NCBI GenBank assembly: GCA_964016885.1 | Contig: OZ024761.1 | Location: 7,750,001 to 7,814,000 of the forward strand | From: Eledone cirrhosa | Lineage: Eukaryota | Length of the DNA: 64,000 bases | Reading direction: 5' to 3' | In this document: piece by piece, positions 55,101-64,000 of the stretch | Layout of the letters: every line of letters starts with the position of its first letter | Numbering within the stretch: the first letter of the stretch is position 1 | The notes under the pieces: generated by a model | What the model was told of the DNA's origin: nothing | The model's input: the letters and a program-made list of their open reading frames with translations, nothing else | Database searches by the model: none | Program-made: the position numbers and the translations under genes

Positions 55101-58100
55101 GTGTGTGTGCCAGTGTGTGTGCTAGTGTGTGTGCCAGTGTGTGTGCCAGTGTGTGTGCCAGTGTGTGTACTATTGTGTGTGCTAGTGTGTGTTCCAGTGT
55201 GTGTGCCAGTGTCTGTGCCAGTGTGTGTGCCAGTGTGTGTGCTAGTGTGTGTGCCAGTGTGTGTGCCAGTGTATGTGCCAGTGTGTGCCAGTGTGTGTAC
55301 TATTGTGTGTGCTAGTGTGTGTGCCAGTGTGTGTGCCAGTGTGTGTGCTAGTGTGTGTGCCAGTGTGTGTGCCAGTGTGTGTGCCAGTGTGTGTGCCAGT
55401 GTGTGTGCCAGTGTGTGTGCTAGTGTGTGTGCCAGTGTGTGTGCCAGTGTGTGTGCCAGTGTGTGTGCTAGTGTGTGTGCCAGTGTGTGTGCCAGTGTGT
55501 GTGCCAGTGTGTGTGCCAGTGTGTGTGCTAGTGTGTGTGCCAGTGTGTGTGCCAGTGTGTGTGCTAGTGTGTGTGCCAGTGTGTGTGCCAGTGTGTGTGC
55601 CAGTGTATGTGCCAGTGTGTGCTAGTGTGTGTGCCAGTGTGTGTGCCAGTGTGTGTGCTAGTGTGTGTGCTAGTGTGTGTGCTAGTGTGTGTGCCAGTGT
55701 GTGCTAGTGTGTGTGCCAGTGTGTGTGCCAGTGTGTGTGCTAGTGTGTGTGCTAGTGTGTGTGCCAGTGTGTGTGCCAGTGTGTGTGCCACTGTGTGTGC
55801 CAGTGTGTGTGCCAGTGTGTGTGCCAGTGTGTGTGCTAGTGTGTGTGCCAGTGTGTGTGCTAGTGTGTGTGCCAGTGTGTGTGCCAGTGTGTGTGCTAGT
55901 GTGTGTGCCAGTGTGTGTGCCAGTGTGTGTGCTAGTGTGTGTGCCAGTGTGTGTGCCAGTGTGTGTGCCAGTGTGTGTGCTAGTGTCTGTGCCACTGTGT
56001 GTGCCAGTGTGTGTGCCAGTGTGTGTGCTAGTGTGTGTGCTAGTGTGTGTGCCAGTGTGTGTGCCAGTGTGTGTGCCAGTGTGTGTGCCAGTGTGTGTGC
56101 TAGTGTGTGTGCCAGTGTGTGTGCCAGTGTGTGTGCCAGTGTGTGTGCTAGTGTGTGTGCCTGTGTGTGTGCTAGTGTGTGTGCCAGTGTGTGTGCCAGT
56201 GTATGTGCCAGTGTGTGCTAGTGTGTGTGCCAGTGTGTGTGCCAGTGTGTGTGCTAGTGTGTGTGCTAGTGTGTGTGCCAGTGTGTGTGCCAGTGTGTGT
56301 GCCAGTGTGTGTGCTAGTGTCTGTGCCACTGTGTGTGCCAGTGTGTGTGCCAGTGTGTGTGCCAGTGTGTGTGCTAGTGTGTGTGCCAGTGTGTGTGCTA
56401 GTGTGTGTGCCAGTGTGTGTGCTAGTGTGTGTGCCAGTGTGTGTGCCAGTGTGTGTGCCAGTGTGTGTACTATTGTGTGTGCTAGTGTGTGTGCCAGTGT
56501 GTGTGCTAGTGTGTGTGCTAGTGTGTGTGCCAGTGTGTGTGCCAGTGTGTGTACTATTGTGTGTGCCAGTGTGTGTGCTAGTGTGTGTGCTAGTGTGTGT
56601 GCCAGTGTGTGTGCCAGTGTGTGTACTATTGTGTGTGCTAGTGTGTGTGCCAGTGTGTGTGCCAGTGTGTGTACTATTGTGTGTGCTAGTGTGTGTGCCA
56701 GTGTGTGTGCCAGTGTGTGTACTATTGTGTGTGCTAGTGTGTGTGCTAGTGTCTGTGCCAGTGTGTGTGCCAGTGTGTGTGCTAATGTGTGTGCCAGTGT
56801 GTGTGCCACTGTGTGTGCCAGTGTGTGTACTATTGTGTGTGCCAGTGTGTGTGCTAGTGTGTGTGCCAGTGTGTGTGCTAGTGTGTGTACTAGTGTGTGT
56901 GCTAGTGTGTGTGCCAGTGTGTGTGCTAGTGTGTGTGTGCCAGTGTGTGTTCCAGTGTGTGTGCTAGTGTGTGTGTGCCAGTGTGTGTTCCAGTGTGTGT
57001 GCCAGTGTGTGTGCTAGTGAGTGTGCCAGTGTGTGTGCTAGTGTGTGTGCCAGTGTGTGTGCTAGTGTGTGTGCGAGTGTGTGTGCCAGTGTGTGTGCTA
57101 GTGTGTGTGCCAGTGTGTGTGCCAGTGTGTGTGCCAGTGTGTGTGCTAGTGTCTGTGCCAGTGTGTGTGCCAGTGTGTGTGCCAGTGTGTGTGCCAGTGT
57201 GTGTGCCAGTGTGTGTGGCAGTGTGTGTGCTAGTGTGTGTGCCAGTGTGTGTGCTAGTGTGTGTGCCAGTGTGTGTGCTAGTGTGTGTGCCAGTGTGTGT
57301 GCCAGTGTGTGTGCCAGTGTGTGTACTATTGTGTGTGCCAGTGTGTGTGCTAGTGTGTGTGCCAGTGTGTGTGCTAGTGTGTGTGCCAGTGTGTGTGCCA
57401 GTGTGTGTGCTAGTGTGTGTGCTAGTGTCTGTGCCAGTGTGTGTGCTAGTGTGTGTGCCAGTGTGTGTACTATTGTGTGTGCCAGTGTGTGTGCCAGTGT
57501 GTGTGCTAGTGTGTGTGCCAGTGTGTGTGCCAGTGTGTGTGCCAGTGTGTGTACTATTGTGTGTGCTAGTGTGTGTGCTAGTGTCTGTGCCAGTGTGTGT
57601 GCCAGTGTGTGTGCTAGTGTGTGTGCTAGTGTGTGTGCCAGTGTGTGTGCCAGTGTGTGTGCTAGTGTGTGTGCTAGTGTGTGTGCTAGTGTGTGTGCCA
57701 GTGTGTGTGCCAGTGTATGTGCCAGTGTGTGTACTATTGTGTGTGCTAGTGTGTGTGCCAGTGTGTGTGCCAGTGTGTGTGCCAGTGTGTGTGCTAGTGT
57801 CTGTGCCAGTGTGTGTGCCAGTGTGTGTGCTAGTGTGTGTGCCAGTGTGTGTGCCAGTGTGTGTGTGCCAGTGTGTGTGCTAGTGTATGTGCCAGTGTGT
57901 GTGCCAGTGTGTGTGCCAGTGTGTGTGCCAGTGTGTGTGCCAGTGTGTGTACTATTGTGTGTGCCAGTGTGTGTGCTAGTGTGTGTGCCAGTGTGTGTGC
58001 CAGTGTATGTGCCAGTGTGTGCTAGTGTGTGTGCCAGTGTGTGTGCTAGTGTGTGTGCCAGTGTGTGTACTATTGTGTGTGCCAGTGTGTGTGCTAGTGT

Positions 58101-61100
58101 GTGTGCCAGTGTGTGTACTATTGTGTGTGCCAGTGTGTGTGCCAGTGTGTGTGCTAGTGTGTGTGCCAGTGTGTGTGCCAGTGTGTGTGCCAGTGTGTGT
58201 GCTAGTGTGTGTGCCAGTGTGTGTGCCAGTGTGTGTGCCAGTGTGTGTGCCAGTGTGTGTGCCAGTGTGTGTGCCAGTGTGTGTGCCAGTGTGTGTACTA
58301 GTGTGTGTGCCAGTGTGTGTTCCAGTGTGTGTGTTCCAGTGTGTGTGTGCCAGTGTGTGTTCCAGTGTGTGTTCCAGTGTGTGTGCCAGTGTGTGTGCCA
58401 GTGTGTGTGCTAGTGTGTGTGCCAGTGTGTGTGCCAGTGTATGTGCTAGTGTGTGTGCCAGTGTGTGTTCCAGTGTGTGTGTGCCAGTGTGTGTTCCAGT
58501 GTGTGTGCTAGTGTGTGTGCCAGTGTGTGTGCCAGTGTGTGTGCCAGTGTGTGTGCTAGTGTGTGTGCCAGTGTGTGTGCCAGTGTGTGTGCTAGTGTGT
58601 GTGCCAGTGTGTGTGCTAGTGTGTGTGCCAGTGTGTGTGCTAGTGTGTGTGCCAGTGTGTGTGCCAGTGTGTGTGCTAGTGTGTGTGTGCCAGTGTGTGT
58701 TCCAGTGTGTGTGCTAGTGTGTGTGCCAGTGTGTGTGCCAGTGTGTGTGCCAGTGTGTGTGCCAGTGTGTGTGCCAGTGTGTGTGCCAGTGTGTGTGCCA
58801 GTGTGTGTGCCAGTGTGTGAGCCAGTGTGTGTGCTAGTGTGTGTGCCAGTGTGTGTGCCAGTGTGTGTGCCAGTGTGTGTGCCAGAGTGTGTACTATTGT
58901 GTGTGCCAGTGTGTGTGCTAGTGTGTGTGCCAGTGTGTGTGCCAGTGTGTGTGCTAGTGTGTGTGTGTGCCAGTGTGTGTGCTAGTGTGTGTGCCAGTGT
59001 GTGTGTCAGTGTGTGTGCCAGTGTGTGTGCCAGTGTGTGTGCCAGTGTGTGTGCCAGTGTGTGTGCCAGTGTGTGTGCCAGTGTGTGTGTGCCAGTGTGT
59101 GTTCCAGTGTGTGTGCTAGTGTGTGTGCCAGTGTGTGTGCTAGTGTGTGTGTGCCAGTGTGTTCCAGTGTGTGTGCTAGTGTGTGTGCCAGTGTGTGTGC
59201 CAGTGTGTGTGCTAGTGTGTGTGCCAGTGTGTGTGCCAGTGTGTGTGCTAGTGTGTGTGCTAGTGTGTGTGCCAGTGTGTGTACTAGTGTGTGTGCCAGT
59301 GTGTGTGCCAGTGTGTGTGCCAGTGTGTGTGCTAGTGTGTGTGCCAATGTGTGCTAGTGTGTGTGCCAGTGTGTGTGCTAGTGTGTGTGCCAGTGTGTGT
59401 GCCAGTGTGTGTGCCAGTGTGTGTACTATTGTGTGTGCTAGTGTGTGTGCTAGTGTCTGTGCCAGTGTGTGTGCCAGTGTGTGTGCTAGTGTGTGTGCCA
59501 GTGTGTGTGCCAGTGTGTGTGTGCCAGTGTGTGTGCTAGTGTGTGTGCCAGTGTGTGTGCCAGTGTGTGTGCCAGTGTGTGTGCTAGTGTGTGTGCCAGT
59601 GTGTGTGCTAGTGTGTGTGCCAGTGTGTGTACTAGTGTGTGTGCCAGTGTGTGTGCCAGTGTGTGTGCTAGTGTGTGTGCCAGTGTGTGTGCTAGTGTGT
59701 GTGCCAGTGTGTGTGCTAGTGTGTGTGCCAGTGTGTGTGCCAGTGTGTGTACTATTGTGTGTGCTAGTGTGTGTGCTAGTGTCTGTGCCAGTGTGTGTGC
59801 CAGTGTGTGTGCTAGTGTGTGTGCCAGTGTGTGTGCCAGTGTGTGTGCCAGTGTGTGTACTATTGTGTGTGCTAGTGTGTGTTCCAGTGTGTGTGCCAGT
59901 GTCTGTGCCAGTGTGTGTGCCAGTGTGTGTGCTAGTGTGTGTGCCAGTGTGTGTGCCAGTGTATGTGCCAGTGTGTGCCAGTGTGTGTACTATTGTGTGT
60001 GCTAGTGTGTGTGCCAGTGTGTGTGCCAGTGTGTGTGCCAGTGTGTGTGCTAGTGTGTGTGCCAGTGTGTGTGCCAGTGTGTGTGCCAGTGTGTGTGCCA
60101 GTGTGTGTGCCAGTGTGTGTGCTAGTGTGTGTGCCAGTGTGTGTGCCAGTGTGTGTGCCAGTGTGTGTGCTAGTGTGTGTGCCAGTGTGTGTGCCAGTGT
60201 GTGTGCCAGTGTGTGTGCTAGTGTGTGTGCCAGTGTGTGTGCCAGTGTGTGTGCTAGTGTGTGTGCCAGTGTGTGTGCTAGTGTGTGTGCCAGTGTGTGT
60301 GCCAGTGTATGTGCCAGTGTGTGCTAGTGTGTGTGCCAGTGTGTGTGCCAGTGTGTGTGCTAGTGTGTGTGCTAGTGTGTGTGCTAGTGTGTGTGCCAGT
60401 GTGTGCTAGTGTGTGTGCCAGTGTGTGTGCCAGTGTGTGTGCTAGTGTGTGTGCTAGTGTGTGTGCCAGTGTGTGTGCCAGTGTGTGTGCCACTGTGTGT
60501 GCCAGTGTGTGTGCCAGTGTGTGTGCCAGTGTGTGTGCTAGTGTGTGTGCCAGTGTGTGTGCTAGTGTGTGTGCCAGTGTGTGTGCCAGTGTGTGTGCTA
60601 GTGTGTGTGCCAGTGTGTGTGCCAGTGTGTGTGCTAGTGTGTGTGCCAGTGTGTGTGCCAGTGTGTGTGCCAGTGTGTGTGCTAGTGTCTGTGCCACTGT
60701 GTGTGCCAGTGTGTGTGCCAGTGTGTGTGCTAGTGTGTGTGCTAGTGTGTGTGCCAGTGTGTGTGCCAGTGTGTGTGCCAGTGTGTGTGCCAGTGTGTGT
60801 GCTAGTGTGTGTGCCAGTGTGTGTGCCAGTGTGTGTGCCAGTGTGTGTGCTAGTGTGTGTGCCAGTGTGTGTGCTAGTGTGTGTGCCAGTGTGTGTGCCA
60901 GTGTATGTGCCAGTGTGTGCTAGTGTGTGTGCCAGTGTGTGTGCCAGTGTGTGTGCTAGTGTGTGTGCTAGTGTGTGTGCCAGTGTGTGTGCCAGTGTGT
61001 GTGCCAGTGTGTGTGCTAGTGTCTGTGCCACTGTGTGTGCCAGTGTGTGTGCCAGTGTGTGTGCCAGTGTGTGTGCTAGTGTGTGTGCCAGTGTGTGTGC

Positions 61101-64000
61101 TAGTGTGTGTGCCAGTGTGTGTGCTAGTGTGTGTGCCAGTGTGTGTGCCAGTGTGTGTGCCAGTGTGTGTACTATTGTGTGTGCTAGTGTGTGTGCCAGT
61201 GTGTGTGCTAGTGTGTGTGCTAGTGTGTGTGCCAGTGTGTGTGCCAGTGTGTGTACTATTGTGTGTGCCAGTGTGTGTGCTAGTGTGTGTGCTAGTGTGT
61301 GTGCCAGTGTGTGTGCCAGTGTGTGTACTATTGTGTGTGCTAGTGTGTGTGCCAGTGTGTGTGCCAGTGTGTGTACTATTGTGTGTGCTAGTGTGTGTGC
61401 CAGTGTGTGTGCCAGTGTGTGTACTATTGTGTGTGCTAGTGTGTGTGCTAGTGTCTGTGCCAGTGTGTGTGCCAGTGTGTGTGCTAATGTGTGTGCCAGT
61501 GTGTGTGCCACTGTGTGTGCCAGTGTGTGTACTATTGTGTGTGCCAGTGTGTGTGCTAGTGTGTGTGCCAGTGTGTGTGCTAGTGTGTGTACTAGTGTGT
61601 GTGCTAGTGTGTGTGCCAGTGTGTGTGCTAGTGTGTGTGTGCCAGTGTGTGTTCCAGTGTGTGTGCTAGTGTGTGTGTGCCAGTGTGTGTTCCAGTGTGT
61701 GTGCCAGTGTGTGTGCTAGTGAGTGTGCCAGTGTGTGTGCTAGTGTGTGTGCCAGTGTGTGTGCTAGTGTGTGTACCAGTGTGTGTGCCAGTGTGTGTGC
61801 TAGTGTGTGTGCCAGTGTGTGTGCCAGTGTGTGTGCTAGTGAGTGTGCCAGTGTGTGTGCTAGTGAGTGTGCCAGTGTGTGTGCTAGTGTGTGTGCCAGT
61901 GTGTGTGCCAGTGTGTGTGCTAGTGAGTGTGCCAGTGTGTGTGCTAGTGTGTGTGCTAGTGTGTGTGCTAGTGTGTGTACCAGTGTGTGTGCCAGTGTGT
62001 GTTCCAGTGTGTGTGCCAGTGTGTGTGCCAGTGTGTGTGCTAGTGTGTGTGCCAGTGTGTGTGCCAGTGTGTGTGCTAGTGTGTGTGCCAATGTGTGTTC
62101 CAGTGTGTGTGCTAGTGTGTGTGCCAGTGTGTGTGCCAGTGTGTGTGCCAGTGTGTGTGCTAGTGTGTGTGCCAGTGTGTGTTCCAGTGTATGTGCTAGT
62201 GTGTGTGCCAGTGTGTGTGCCAGTGTGTGTGCTAGTGTGTGTGCCAGTGTGTGTGCTAGTGTGTTCCAGTGTGTGTGCCAGTGTGTGTGCCAGTGTGTGT
62301 ACTATTGTGTGTGCTAGTGTGTGTGCCAGTGTGTGTGCCAGTGTGTGTGCTAGTGTGAGTGTGCCACTGTGTGTGCGAGTGTGTGTGCCAGTGTGTGTGC
62401 TAGTGTGTGTGTGCCAGTGTGTGTTCCAGTGTGTGTGCTAGTGTGTGTGCCAGTGTGTGTGCTAGTGTGTGTGCTAGTGTGTGTTCCAGTGTGTGTGCCA
62501 GTGTGTGTGCCAGTGTGTGTGCCAGTGTGTGTGCCAGTGTGTGTGGTAGTGTGTGTGCCAGTGTGTGTGCTAGTGTGTGTGCTAGTGTGTGCTAGTGTGT
62601 GTGCCAGTGTGTGTGCCAGTGTGTGTTCCAGTGTGTGTGCTAGTGTGTGTGCCAATGTGTGTGCCAGTGTGTGTGGTAGTGTGTGTGCCAGTGTGTGTGC
62701 TAGTGTGTGTGCCAGTGTGTGTGCTAGTGTGTGTGCCAGTGTGTGTCAGTGTGTGTGCCAGTGTGTGTGCTAGTGTGTGTGTGCCAGTGTGTGTGCCAGT
62801 GTGTGTGCCAGTGTGTGTGCCAGTGTGTGTGCTAGTGTGTGTGCCAGTGTGTGTGCTAGTGTGTGTGCCAGTGTGTGTGCTAGTGTGTGTGCCAGTGTGT
62901 GTGCCAGTGTGTGCTAGTGTGTGTGCCAGTGTGTGTGCCAGTGTGTGTGCTAGTGTGTGTGCTAGTGTGTGTGCTAGTGTGTGTGCCAGTGTGTGCTAGT
63001 GTGTGTGCCAGTGTGTGTGCCAGTGTGTGTGCTAGTGTGTGTGCTAGTGTGTGTGCCAGTGTGTGTGCCAGTGTGTGTGCCACTGTGTGTGCCAGTGTGT
63101 GTGCCAGTGTGTGTGCCAGTGTGTGTGCTAGTGTGTGTGCCAGTGTGTGTGCTAGTGTGTGTGCCAGTGTGTGTGCCAGTGTGTGTGCTAGTGTGTGTGC
63201 CAGTGTGTGTGCCAGTGTGTGTGCTAGTGTGTGTGCCAGTGTGTGTGCCAGTGTGTGTGCCAGTGTGTGTGCCAGTGTGTGTGCCAGTGTGTGTGCTAGT
63301 GTGTGTGCTAGTGTGTGTGCCAGTGTGTGTGCCAGTGTGTGTGCTAGTGTGTGTGCCAGTGTGTGTGCCAGTGTGTGTGCCAGTGTGTGTGCCAGTGTGT
63401 GTGCTAGTGTGTGTGCCAGTGTGTGTGCTAGTGTGTGTGCCAGTGTGTGTGCCAGTGTATGTGCCAGTGTGTGCTAGTGTGTGTGCCAGTGTGTGTGCCA
63501 GTGTGTGTGCTAGTGTGTGTGCTAGTGTGTGTGCCAGTGTGTGTGCCAGTGTGTGTGCCAGTGTGTGTGCTAGTGTCTGTGCCACTGTGTGTGCCAGTGT
63601 GTGTGCCAGTGTGTGTGCCAGTGTGTGTGCTAGTGTGTGTGCCAGTGTGTGTGCTAGTGTGTGTGCCAGTGTGTGTGCTAGTGTGTGTGCCAGTGTGTGT
63701 GCCAGTGTGTGTGCCAGTGTGTGTACTATTGTGTGTGCTAGTGTGTGTGCCAGTGTGTGTGCTAGTGTGTGTGCTAGTGTGTGTGCCAGTGTGTGTGCCA
63801 GTGTGTGTACTATTGTGTGTGCCAGTGTGTGTGCTAGTGTGTGTGCTAGTGTGTGTGCCAGTGTGTGTGCCAGTGTGTGTACTATTGTGTGTGCTAGTGT
63901 GTGTGCCAGTGTGTGTGCCAGTGTGTGTACTATTGTGTGTGCTAGTGTGTGTGCCAGTGTGTGTGCCAGTGTGTGTACTATTGTGTGTGCTAGTGTGTGT
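22187..64000. repeat. Large 12-bp satellite (GCYAGTGTGTGT)n, at least 41.8 kb, roughly 3,500 units
   Basis: A continuous head-to-tail array with 10-, 14- and 16-bp slippage variants and recurrent point variants (actag, actatt, ttccag, gttgcag, gcgag). No interrupting insertion was seen. It runs off the window end. Confidence 0.98.

Noticed and set aside
22505-63585. Hundreds of long ORFs (CASV, VPVC, CQCV, HTLA repeats; up to 632 aa)
   Set aside because: These are translations of a 12-bp satellite that lacks stops in several frames, with no unique coding sequence.
22187-64000. Telomeric repeat, or information encoded in the C/T pattern
   Set aside because: The unit is not TTAGGG-like. The C/T pattern is explained by nested duplications, and nothing indicates coding.

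Overview
This is repeat-dense animal genomic DNA. The SINE, RTE and MITE repertoire resembles octopus or other cephalopod DNA, which is an inference. The first 22 kb hold the 5' part of a minus-strand kinesin gene (KIF12-like) that the ORF track misses. Three frame-compatible GT-AG coding exons (10324-10181, 2113-2035, 1062-941) splice to ...DNITVVLR|VRPLTQPE...|INQG...FSFDTVFKPDADQQTVFEESGLKRLIRMTLEG. A candidate 5' exon (14297-14239) would create the ATG across a splice junction. The introns and upstream DNA contain RTE LINE relics, two tRNA-SINE families, Tc1/mariner and piggyBac-type MITEs, and long palindromes carrying minimal hammerhead-ribozyme motifs of the Penelope-like-element type. 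A decayed hAT transposon (18122-22186) is riddled with nested insertions. Four tandem arrays have grown inside three unrelated TE types. From 22187 to the window end (about 42 kb) lies a 12-bp GCYAGTGTGTGT satellite with 0.2-4.7 kb higher-order duplications, and the hAT element appears to have inserted into its decayed edge. All long ORFs in the repeats are artefacts. All calls were made by eye, with no searches run.
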